DNA of 64,000 nt from Planctomycetota bacterium. Its GTDB lineage: Bacteria; Planctomycetota; UBA1135; JADKAF01. The stretch is taken from NCBI GenBank assembly GCA_016793245.1, contig JAEUHW010000057.1:112709-176708 (forward strand), written 5' to 3'. How positions within the stretch are numbered: the stretch's first letter is position 1; every line of letters begins with the position of its first letter. Both the position numbers and the translations under genes were made by a program. The notes beneath the pieces are model-generated. The model was not told where the DNA came from. It searched no databases and saw nothing but the letters and a program-made list of their open reading frames with translations. Of the stretch, positions 1 to 8,174 are shown one piece after another.

Positions 1-981
1 CAGGATCTGCTCGCCCAGTCTCCCGAGCGCGAGATCGCGCGCGCCGTCGAGCGAGAGCTTCTTGTCCTTCGCGGCCTCGTCGGCGAGATCATCCGCGGCC
101 TTGTACCAGAGCTGCGTCACGCGATTGCGCGCCCAGGTCGCGCGCGCTGCGAGCACCAACTGGTTGCGGCGATCGAGCTCGGCCTTCTTCGGCGAAGTCG
201 GCCACTTCGCGAGGAAGTCCTCGCAGAGCTTCAGCGCTTCGTCGAAGCGGCTGCGGCGAGAGGCCTGCGCGACGGCGGCGAGCTGCACGTCCTGCTCGCG
301 CAGCTTGATCTTCTCCGGCAGGCGCGCGAGCGCCGTGGCGATCTCGCGCGAGGCGTACTCCGCGTCGAGAGAGCGCACCTGCAGGTAGTGCTTCTGCGCG
401 TTCTCGTAGTCGAGCACGATCTCGAGCAAGCGGGCGAGGCGCAGGTTCTCGACCTTGTCGCTCTCGAGCTTCGCCGCGCCGATCTCCGCGACCTTCGCCG
501 CGTAGATCTGATCCAGGGTGTAGACCTCGTTCGCCGGCACGCGGATCTTCAGGAGATCCTTCACGCGGCCGGGGGCGATGGGCTCGCGGGCTTCATCGAA
601 GGCCTGCACGTACCAGCGCTGCGGATCGGACTTGTCGACCGTGTGCGCCACGATCTGGCGGCCGTCGCGCAGGTTCACCTGGAAGGCGTCGACGAACACG
701 GCTTCGGAGGCCAGGTTCTCGAAGCCGAAGTCGACGCGCAGGCGCTTCGCATCGAGGGGGTTCACATCGCCCCAGCTCAAGCGGAAGGTGCCGCCGTTGT
801 CGTAGCGCTTGAAGGTGAAGCCGTCCTCGTCGGGCTCGGTCACCGCGCCCAGCAGCACGCGACCATCCTTCAAGCGCAGGATGTCGGCGTCGGCTGCCGA
901 AGCGGCTCCCGCCCACATCGAGAAGACGAGGAGGGCTCGGCGGATCCAGCGAGCCGGTCGAGCGGTGTCGAGCGCATGCAT
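1..981 (-). CDS. hypothetical secreted protein, 3' end outside window
   Basis: Not in the ORF track because no stop lies in the window. Hand translation of the minus strand from ATG 981-979 stays open for 327 codons to position 1, with G/C at almost every third position. The N-terminus MHALDTARPARWIRRALLVFSMWAGAASAAD looks like a signal peptide. Same strand as the pseudopilin operon and 73 bp downstream of it. Confidence 0.6.
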   Translation of the reverse strand, partial: MHALDTARPARWIRRALLVFSMWAGAASAADADILRLKDGRVLLGAVTEPDEDGFTFKRYDNGGTFRLSWGDVNPLDAKRLRVDFGFENLASEAVFVDAFQVNLRDGRQIVAHTVDKSDPQRWYVQAFDEAREPIAPGRVKDLLKIRVPANEVYTLDQIYAAKVAEIGAAKLESDKVENLRLARLLEIVLDYENAQKHYLQVRSLDAEYASREIATALARLPEKIKLREQDVQLAAVAQASRRSRFDEALKLCEDFLAKWPTSPKKAELDRRNQLVLAARATWARNRVTQLWYKAADDLADEAAKDKKLSLDGARDLALGRLGEQIL

Positions 982-1054
982 GATCGTGGCGACTCCGAAG
1001 GCGAGGGCTTAAGGCCGAAAGCGAGCGAGAGGCAGCGAGTGCGCGAGGGCGCGC

Positions 1055-1594
1055 TCAACGCGGGGCTTCGTAACGCAGCCCGCGCTCGAGCGCGCGCTGC
1101 ACCAGGGTCGGGCGGAGCTCGAAGACGCTCTTCAGCGTACGCGAAGAGGTCCGTCCCCGGATCCTCCAGTCGACGCGGATCTCCGTCAAATACTGGAACT
1201 CGCGCCCCGGGATACGGCGCGCCACGTAAGCGTAGCGCAGGTCGTCGAGTCCGGGGACGCGCAGCTCCTCCTTGTGGGAGAGCTCTTCGGGCAGAGAGCT
1301 CTGCTGGCCCTGGGCCGCTGCGAAGCCGAGCGCTTGATCGTTGAGGGCGCGCTGCACCGCATCGAAGAGGCGCCCTTCCACGTCGTCCAGTACGCGCGGC
1401 AGCGCGTCGCCGGCCTCGGCGCGCACGCGCGCGTCGCGGAGCTGGTCCAAGCCGACCGCGAAGAGGCCGATCACGGCGGTCATCCCCATCATGAGGAGCC
1501 CCATCGCGACCAGCATCTCGACCAAGGTGAAGCCGCGGTTCGCGGCGCCTCGCGCCGCGCGCGTGCTCCGTAGCCCTGCAACGCCGAGCTTCAT
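1055..1594 (-). CDS. minor pseudopilin, GspI-like (prepilin-type N-terminal motif), 179 aa
   Basis: Starts at an internal ATG of track ORF 1055..2404: MKLGVAGLRSTRAARGAANRG|FTLVEMLVAMGLLMMG. This has the G-FTLxE signature with Glu at +5 followed by a hydrophobic helix. ATGA overlap with the upstream stop at 1591-1594. Confidence 0.85.
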   Translation of the reverse strand: MKLGVAGLRSTRAARGAANRGFTLVEMLVAMGLLMMGMTAVIGLFAVGLDQLRDARVRAEAGDALPRVLDDVEGRLFDAVQRALNDQALGFAAAQGQQSSLPEELSHKEELRVPGLDDLRYAYVARRIPGREFQYLTEIRVDWRIRGRTSSRTLKSVFELRPTLVQRALERGLRYEAPR

Positions 1595-2793
1595 CGCTGC
1601 ATGCCTCCGCGCGCCGCGGGCACCCGCACGAAGAGATCGAGCTCGCTGCCGAACCAGATCGGCGTCCCCGGAGCATGCTCCTGCGCGGAGGTGCCGCGCG
1701 CGCCGCGCGCGGCGATCGTGAGGCGCCGTCCGCGCACCGCGGAGATCGCCACCCACTCGGAGCCGATCTTCGCGTAGGTGGCGGCGGTCGGCAGCGCGCG
1801 CGTCGCTCCGCCGACCACGAGGTCGTGCGGCTTGGCACCCCGGTGATCCGCGGCGCCGCTGGTCGCGAGCAAGGAGTCGTTCAAGCGCCACGGCCGGCTG
1901 CGCTCTTCCTCGGAGACGATGGAGATGCTGAGGCGCACGGCTTCGGGATAGACGTCGTTCCGCGCGTCTTGGTCGCCGCGCGTGGAGTCCCAGCCCAGGA
2001 TCGGCGCGCGCACCGCGGTCGACGGCTTCGCGTTGTCGTCGCTCCAGAAGGAGCCCAGGGCCTCGCTCCACTCCGTGAACGACACGCCGGCGCTCTCCCA
2101 ATCCCGCGTCCACTCCGAGCGGAAGAGCCACTCGACGTGCAGGAGCGAGCCCGCGACCTTGCGGAAGATCCCCGCTTCCTCCGTCGCCGGTCCGCCGGCG
2201 AGCGACTGCAAGAGCTCCGCGCGGCGCGGCGGCGCGCCGGCGCCCAAGGGGACCACCGCGCGGTACAGCGCGACCAGCGAGCCGTTCGCCGCGAGCGGAT
2301 CGGGACCGACGACGTAGGTCACGTAGGCCACGCCGCGCGAAGGGATCGCGTCGTACCAGGAGAAGGCCTCCGGCTCTTCGCCGCCCTGCGCCTGCTGCTC
2401 CCATTCGCGCCGCGCCTTGGAGTAGGCCTCCTCCCCCGCGGTGATGAGCGCGAGCGTGCCTTCGTCGAGATGGCCGCGGTAGCGCAGATCGTCGAGGGCG
2501 CGCTGCTGCTCGCCGCTCGAGAGCGAGCGCACGAACCCCATCTCACCGCTGCGGTCGTCGGCGTAGAGCATGCGCCCTTCGCCACCGACGATCGAGGAGA
2601 GGTCGCGCTCGAGGAACGACTTCACCGCGGCCTTCTGCTCCAGCACGTCGCGCGTCTCCTCGCCCTCCTTCCAGAGGTCGAGGCTCGTGTCGAAGAGGCG
2701 CACGACGAGGAGGCCCAGGATCGAGAGCAGCGCCATCGAGACCAGGAGCTCGATCAGCGTGAAGCCGTGTTGCCTCTGCTGCGGATCGCTCAT
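1591..2793 (-). CDS. minor pseudopilin, GspJ-like, enlarged (400 aa)
   Basis: Starts at an internal ATG of ORF 1591..3081: MSDPQQRQHG|FTLIELLVSMALLSILG. ATGA start-stop overlaps at both ends (2790-2793 and 1591-1594). Confidence 0.8.
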   Translation of the reverse strand: MSDPQQRQHGFTLIELLVSMALLSILGLLVVRLFDTSLDLWKEGEETRDVLEQKAAVKSFLERDLSSIVGGEGRMLYADDRSGEMGFVRSLSSGEQQRALDDLRYRGHLDEGTLALITAGEEAYSKARREWEQQAQGGEEPEAFSWYDAIPSRGVAYVTYVVGPDPLAANGSLVALYRAVVPLGAGAPPRRAELLQSLAGGPATEEAGIFRKVAGSLLHVEWLFRSEWTRDWESAGVSFTEWSEALGSFWSDDNAKPSTAVRAPILGWDSTRGDQDARNDVYPEAVRLSISIVSEEERSRPWRLNDSLLATSGAADHRGAKPHDLVVGGATRALPTAATYAKIGSEWVAISAVRGRRLTIAARGARGTSAQEHAPGTPIWFGSELDLFVRVPAARGGMQR

Positions 2794-5700
2794 GGCCGCG
2801 ACTCCCGGAAGAGCACCCGGCTCTCGCTCTGGTACTGCACGCCGATCTCCTCGACGTAGGGCGTTCGCTTCCAGGAGTTCGGCTTGGCACCCGCGACGCG
2901 GAAGCTGCCGGGGCGGTAGCGGAAGAAGATCTTCCCTTCGAGCAACGAACCCGGACGGTTCAGCGGCGAGAAGATCTTCGCCGCGCGATCCCCCTGCGTA
3001 TCGAGCAGCAGGAGATCGCGCGCGGCCTCGGGGTCCTCGATGAGTCGATGGTCCTCGACGCGCGTCGGGATCTCGTCCCACGCCACGCGCACGCCGCCTT
3101 CACCGCGGAGATCGCCGTCGATGCGCACCAGCGCCCAGACGTCGAGGTTCGGATCGCCCCAGACCTCCTCCTTCCAGTGCAGCGCCTGGAAGAAGCTGTC
3201 GCGCGCGGAGACGGCGAAGTGCAGCGCGCTGTTGCCGGCGAGGTCGGCGATGCGGAACTGCGTCTGCCCTTGGTCGGCGACATCGCCCGCGGCGGTGGTG
3301 AGCACCGTGCGATCCCAGTAGCGGAACGGCATGCGGTAGACCACGGAGCCGTTCGTGTGGCTCGCGATCGAGGTGCCGAAGCGCCCGCGATAGGCGCCGG
3401 CGACATAGCCGTTCGTGGAGCGATTGCGCGGGGCGCGGAAGGTGCGCGGCATCGCCAAGGTGGTTGGCGCGTTTGCGTAGGGCGTGTCGTTCCGCGTCGT
3501 GTGCACGAGCTCGTCGTCGATGAGCAAGGTCCCCTGAGTCCAGAAGCCCGCGCCGCTCTCGAGCTGCACCTGGTGGTCGCGCGTGCCGAGCGACTGCGTG
3601 AGCTCGGTCACCTCGAGCGCGGAGAGGAGATAGACCGGATCGCCCGTGCCGTGCGCGCGCGGCGTGGTGCCGAGGAAGCCGCGGCCGCGCGAGCGCGCCA
3701 GCGTGATGCGGAGCCCGTCCGAGCTCTCGTCGAGCTGGCTGTAGACCAGGAGCTCGTCGCCGATGCGCAGCACGCCCGCATCCTGCGGCCAAGCGCGCGA
3801 GGACGCGAGGAAGCCGTTGTTCGGATCGACGACCGTGCCGTAGCTCATCAAGAGCTGCGCGTGGCGCACGACGAGCTGGGTCCCGCCTTCGCTGAGCGGC
3901 TCCGCGAGCACGTAGGTCGCGAGGTTGTCCAAGCTGCCGGCGACGTTGGCCGGCCCGCGCGAGCCGAGGAGATCGAACTCGATCTCGTCGATGAAGCCGT
4001 TGAAGTTGCGGAGTCCCCCGCCGGTCTCGACGATGCCGCTGCCGAGGCGCACCTGTGTCGCGCCATCGGGCAGCTCGCCGCTCGGGAACTTCAGCAACAC
4101 GAGCTCGTCGCGCGAGTCGAGGATCGCCGGGCGGTTCTTCTGCAAGTTCGCAGGATAAGCCTGCTGCAGCGGCTCCTTCAGCGCGACTTCGTAGCGGCCC
4201 GAGCCATTCTCGATCCAGCCCCAGTTGATCGTGTAGCGCGCGAGCGGGGCATTGCCCGCGTTCTCCGGGCGGATCGAGATGCGATCGCCGCGTCCGGGGC
4301 GCGTGCCGGCCAAGGGCAAGCTGGCCCACTGATTGTTCGCCGGCGCCTGTGGATTGAAGGTCGGGAAGCCGGCGAAGGCGACGGCGAACACCGGGTTCAG
4401 ATTCGCGCCCGCGGTGTGGCGATGCTGGAAGGTCCCGTAGCGACCGCGGAACTGCAGCACGTCGTGGATGCGCTGGCTCGCGACGCTCCAGCTCTGCTGC
4501 GGCGGCGCACCGATCCAACCTTGCTGCGCTTGGGGCCAAGTGCCAGGAGACGTCACTTGGGGCCCGAAGTTGCCCACGGTGAAGTAGATCGCGGCCAAGC
4601 GCCCGGGCTCGGAGCGCACGAAGTGGTTCTGGTGGATCTCGTCGTACTCGATCCACTCCGTGTTGCCGTCTTGGCCGCTGGTGTAGATCTGCACGCGGCG
4701 CGAGTCGTTCTGGCCGGGATCGAGGTAGGACGTGGTGTCGGCTTGCGTCGCCTTCACCGAGAGCGGCACGATCCAGAGCCAATTGCGCGGGTCCTGATTC
4801 GGATCCGTGCCGTCGGGCAAGCGGTTCCACTCGGTGACGAACGCGCGCGCGCGCCCGAAGAGCGAATTGGGACCGGTGCCCTGCCCCTGCATGCGCTGGA
4901 GCTGCGTGTAGTTGCGCGTGACGCCGCTCAAGCGATTGCCGGAGCGCCCCGAGTAGCGAATGACCTCGGCGCCGAGCAGCGGCGTGCTCTGCGGCGGCGG
5001 CGTGGTGCCGGTCTCGATCTCGTAGGTCACCTGGTCGCGGTTCACCTGGACTTGGATCGGCCCGGGACCGCGCTGCACGAGCAACGCCAAGCCGCCGCCG
5101 GTCTGGAACGCGGCGAGCTCATCGCCCCCCGCTCCGGTCGGGGCGAGCTCGAGCTGCTGTCCGTCGGTCGCTTCGAGCCCCGTGCCGAGCGGGAACGGCG
5201 GCGCGGGCTGCGTCGGGTTCGTCGAGCTCGTCGGTTGTACGAGGATCTGGGTCGGCCCCTTCACCACGCGCACCACGCCGAACGGCCCGAGATCGCCGTC
5301 GAGCGTGCCGCCGCCGAGCGGGATGTCGGTCGTCGGCATCGACGCGTAGCCGTAGAGCTCGACCAGCGTGCCGACCTCGTGCGCGATGCCGGTGTACTTA
5401 CCGTCTTGGATGCGCAGGCGCACGTTGCGCCCGCCGGTCCAGGCGCTCTCCATCGGCGCGTCGCTGCGCTGCCAGCGACACTGGAACGCCTTGCCGCTGA
5501 TCGAGGTGTACTCGACCAGCTCGTCACCGACGCGCAGGACGCCGCTCGTCGGGAAGCCCTCCACGCTGTCGACGGCCAGACGTTCGTCCGTCGTACCGGC
5601 CGCCGAGGTGAGCCAGGTCACGGCGCGGGCCTTGCCGAGCGGGAAGCCATCGACGAGCACGACCAGGTCGCGCGGCTTCGCTCCGCGCGCGATCGCGCGG

Positions 5701-8174
5701 AAGTGGTACCAGGTGTTCTTCTCGAACACGAAGCGCTCGCCGACGGCCACGCGCACTTCGCAGGCCTCGACGATCGGCGTCACCGGGTCGTCGCCTTGCG
5801 AGTCATAGAGCCGGAAGACGAGCTCCGAGCCTTCGAGCGAGAGCCCGAGCCGACCGCGCTTCTCACCGGTCGCCGCGGACTCGACTTGGAAGAACGCTTG
5901 ATCGCCGACATCCGTCGGGCGGAACCAACCGCCGATCGAGAAGGGCCAGAGGCGCCCGTTCCTCGTCGCGATGCCGACGCGCTGATCGCTCGTCGCCACT
6001 TGCTGCGGGCCGATGCCATCGGAGCCGGTGTTGCGGCCCTCGACCTCGGGCTCGCGCTCGAAGTGCCAGATGCGATTCGTCTGGTAGGGATCCTCGATCG
6101 GCACGGCTTGGAGCTGCGCCCACGAGCGGATCTCGCCTTCCGCGTTCGCGGCGTAGGGATCGCTCTGCTCTTGCTCGCCCGCGCGCGGGATCTCGAAGGG
6201 ATACGAGCGCCCGGGCGGCTGCTGCGTGAGGAAGGGCTCCAGGCGCGACTCCGGCGAACGCGCGAGCAGGAGCGCCCAGCGCTGCGGGATCAGCCACTCC
6301 TGCACGTTGGGTCCGGTGACCATCCAGTGCGCGCCGCGGTTCAAGCGGAAGAGCTCCTCGAGATCGCGCTGATCGCCGAACCACTTGAAGCGCTCGCCGA
6401 CGGGTGCGGCCTGGAAGATCGAGAGCGTCGCTTCACTGCGCCGCGTGACCCCGGCGACGCTGTTGCTGGCCGAGCGCGAATGCGCGCGAAAGAGATCGCC
6501 CGAGTCGAACACGAACGGGACCGTCGCGGCCTCGAGCCCGCCGTCGATCGCGCTGGAGGCGTTCAAGTAGAGCGCGATGCGCTGCTCGGCTTCGATCTCC
6601 GGCCATTCGCCCGGAGCTTCGCTGATGCGCGCGAGCGGATCGAGGAAGCGCTCGACGTAATCGCGCATCGAGAGGAACGGAGCAGTGCTCTGTCGACCCG
6701 CCGAGGACGAGCGCAGCGCGAGGATGATGTCGGCGAGCTGCTCGGCGAGACCGGCGTCGATCGCCTCCGAGGGCTGCGCGAAGCGCCGCCGCACGCCTTG
6801 GAAGCAGGCGATCAGCACGTCGCGCGACGCCGTGTTCACATTCACCGGCGCGGGCACGAGGTAGCGCCCCACGGCACCGCCGTCGCCGTCGATGGTGCCG
6901 ACATCGGAGTGGAACACGATCGGGCCGCGCCCCGTGGCGTTCGCGACCAGGCTCATCTTCAAGTCCGCGGGATCGTCGGCGGCCCCGCGGCTCACCTGCA
7001 GCGTGGCGCCCGCGACGCCCAGGCTGGAATCGAGCTGCAGCGCCGCGGGCAGAGCCCCCGCCGCGCCGCCCGCGCGCAGATCGAGCCAGCGCGTCCACGT
7101 CCCCGCGACGCCGGTGTCGCCGAAGAAGGTGGTCAGCGGCTCCAAGCGGCGGATCAAGCTCGCCGGCAGCAAGCCCTCGGGATCGCCTTCGCCGATCTGC
7201 CGCAGGTCGTCCCACGACTGGAAGCGCCGCAGGAGGAGTCCGTCCTGCGTGCGCCAGCGACAGAGGCGCTGCACGCGATCGTCGAAGATCACCGTGCCCT
7301 GCGGATGCTCGCTCGCCGCGAGGAACGCGAAGCCGCCGACGGCGACGCCGCGCTCGCATTCGAGGAACGACGAGGCCTCGCGCTTCTTGTAGCGGATGAG
7401 CTCGCCGTTCAACCACAGCAGGCCCGCCGGTGGAAAGCCCTCGGTGGAGCTCACGTTCAGCGTGGGATCCTCGGCCTTCACGTCTTCGGCGAGCGTCGTG
7501 ATCCAACCGCGCGCGCCGTCGACGCGCCGGAAGAGATTCGCGAGCGCGAGCGGAGGTGCGGTGTTCAAGTCGAGCCGCGAGCGCTCGTCGGAGACCTCGG
7601 CGGCCCAGATCACCTGAGCGGGATTGCCGCGGTCGTAGAGCCTCTCGCGCTCCAGGCGCTGCTTCTCGTCGCGCGGATCACTGGCGCGCTCGTTCGCGTT
7701 CGGCGGGGAGAAGCGCGCGGCGAGCTCGCGCAGATCGTCCCAACGCGGGGTCTGGTCGCCGCGGCGGAGATGCACCGGATCCAACGGATCGGCGAGGTCG
7801 TCGGCCTCGGAAGCCAGAGCCCCCCTCGCATCTTCCTCAGCGGACTGCACCGCCGCGTTCGCGCGCGCGCTCTCGAAGCGATACGCCGAAGCCTCGGCCT
7901 GGCTGCGCACGGCGAACAGGAACGGCAGCGCCAACGTGAGCAACGTCGCCAACAACAAGATCACCAACACGATGGCATACCCGGATTCGCTCGGCGAAGA
8001 CGGGCAGCTCATACGGTCGCTTTCGCTCGGCGAAAGCGGGCAGCTCACGCGGTCGGATTCGCTCGGCGAAGACGGGCAGCTCCTACGGTCGCTTTCGTTC
8101 GGCGCCGACGGCCCGCGCACCTCGAGGTTCTCGCCCGGAGAGCCGCACCCGTTCCGTTCTTCGATGCCGCTCAT
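2790..8174 (-). CDS. giant GspK-like minor pseudopilin with LamG-like module (1794 aa)
   Basis: Full track ORF. The ATG at 8174 overlaps the upstream stop (ATGA). The hydrophobic N-terminal helix after Gly has no Glu at +5 (ESG|YAIVLVILLLATLLTLALPF), as in GspK. Two GspK-type xNxNTA helix-hairpin motifs are present (RLDLNTAPPLALANLF and VNVNTASRDVLIACFQGV). There is a LamG-like stretch (GGWFRP...LVFRLYD...NTWYHFRAIARG...LVVLVDG). An alternative start is the in-repeat ATG at 8015. Confidence 0.8.
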   Translation of the reverse strand: MSGIEERNGCGSPGENLEVRGPSAPNESDRRSCPSSPSESDRVSCPLSPSESDRMSCPSSPSESGYAIVLVILLLATLLTLALPFLFAVRSQAEASAYRFESARANAAVQSAEEDARGALASEADDLADPLDPVHLRRGDQTPRWDDLRELAARFSPPNANERASDPRDEKQRLERERLYDRGNPAQVIWAAEVSDERSRLDLNTAPPLALANLFRRVDGARGWITTLAEDVKAEDPTLNVSSTEGFPPAGLLWLNGELIRYKKREASSFLECERGVAVGGFAFLAASEHPQGTVIFDDRVQRLCRWRTQDGLLLRRFQSWDDLRQIGEGDPEGLLPASLIRRLEPLTTFFGDTGVAGTWTRWLDLRAGGAAGALPAALQLDSSLGVAGATLQVSRGAADDPADLKMSLVANATGRGPIVFHSDVGTIDGDGGAVGRYLVPAPVNVNTASRDVLIACFQGVRRRFAQPSEAIDAGLAEQLADIILALRSSSAGRQSTAPFLSMRDYVERFLDPLARISEAPGEWPEIEAEQRIALYLNASSAIDGGLEAATVPFVFDSGDLFRAHSRSASNSVAGVTRRSEATLSIFQAAPVGERFKWFGDQRDLEELFRLNRGAHWMVTGPNVQEWLIPQRWALLLARSPESRLEPFLTQQPPGRSYPFEIPRAGEQEQSDPYAANAEGEIRSWAQLQAVPIEDPYQTNRIWHFEREPEVEGRNTGSDGIGPQQVATSDQRVGIATRNGRLWPFSIGGWFRPTDVGDQAFFQVESAATGEKRGRLGLSLEGSELVFRLYDSQGDDPVTPIVEACEVRVAVGERFVFEKNTWYHFRAIARGAKPRDLVVLVDGFPLGKARAVTWLTSAAGTTDERLAVDSVEGFPTSGVLRVGDELVEYTSISGKAFQCRWQRSDAPMESAWTGGRNVRLRIQDGKYTGIAHEVGTLVELYGYASMPTTDIPLGGGTLDGDLGPFGVVRVVKGPTQILVQPTSSTNPTQPAPPFPLGTGLEATDGQQLELAPTGAGGDELAAFQTGGGLALLVQRGPGPIQVQVNRDQVTYEIETGTTPPPQSTPLLGAEVIRYSGRSGNRLSGVTRNYTQLQRMQGQGTGPNSLFGRARAFVTEWNRLPDGTDPNQDPRNWLWIVPLSVKATQADTTSYLDPGQNDSRRVQIYTSGQDGNTEWIEYDEIHQNHFVRSEPGRLAAIYFTVGNFGPQVTSPGTWPQAQQGWIGAPPQQSWSVASQRIHDVLQFRGRYGTFQHRHTAGANLNPVFAVAFAGFPTFNPQAPANNQWASLPLAGTRPGRGDRISIRPENAGNAPLARYTINWGWIENGSGRYEVALKEPLQQAYPANLQKNRPAILDSRDELVLLKFPSGELPDGATQVRLGSGIVETGGGLRNFNGFIDEIEFDLLGSRGPANVAGSLDNLATYVLAEPLSEGGTQLVVRHAQLLMSYGTVVDPNNGFLASSRAWPQDAGVLRIGDELLVYSQLDESSDGLRITLARSRGRGFLGTTPRAHGTGDPVYLLSALEVTELTQSLGTRDHQVQLESGAGFWTQGTLLIDDELVHTTRNDTPYANAPTTLAMPRTFRAPRNRSTNGYVAGAYRGRFGTSIASHTNGSVVYRMPFRYWDRTVLTTAAGDVADQGQTQFRIADLAGNSALHFAVSARDSFFQALHWKEEVWGDPNLDVWALVRIDGDLRGEGGVRVAWDEIPTRVEDHRLIEDPEAARDLLLLDTQGDRAAKIFSPLNRPGSLLEGKIFFRYRPGSFRVAGAKPNSWKRTPYVEEIGVQYQSESRVLFRESRP
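7983..8096 (-). repeat. 36-bp in-frame tandem repeat, about 3.2 copies, in the 5' end of the giant GspK-like gene
   Basis: Units at 7983-8018, 8019-8054 and 8055-8090, plus a degenerate continuation. Units 1 and 3 match at 35/36 positions and unit 2 matches unit 1 at 30/36. The repeat encodes ESDR[RVM]SCP[SL]SPS three times. Confidence 0.9.

Noticed and set aside
388-1344. 318-aa plus-strand ORF, plus the 870..1838 and 593..916 minus-strand ORFs
   Set aside because: They overlap the hand-translated secreted-protein gene (1-981) and the GspI-like gene. They are low-complexity, Arg-rich sequences, and the alternative frame has far better third-position GC and a signal peptide.
1055-2404. Long N-terminal extensions of track ORFs (for example 1055..2404, 1591..3081, 8171..9442, 9342..10199, 15716..18331, 20103..22073, 28423..31137)
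   Set aside because: The extensions overlap the upstream gene and are Arg-rich. The internal ATG/GTG gives a proper signal peptide or prepilin leader, an SD-like purine run, or a 4-nt start-stop overlap.
7983-8096. CRISPR-like array of 36-bp repeats
   Set aside because: The repeats are directly adjacent with no spacers. They lie in frame within a coding region, and no cas genes are present.
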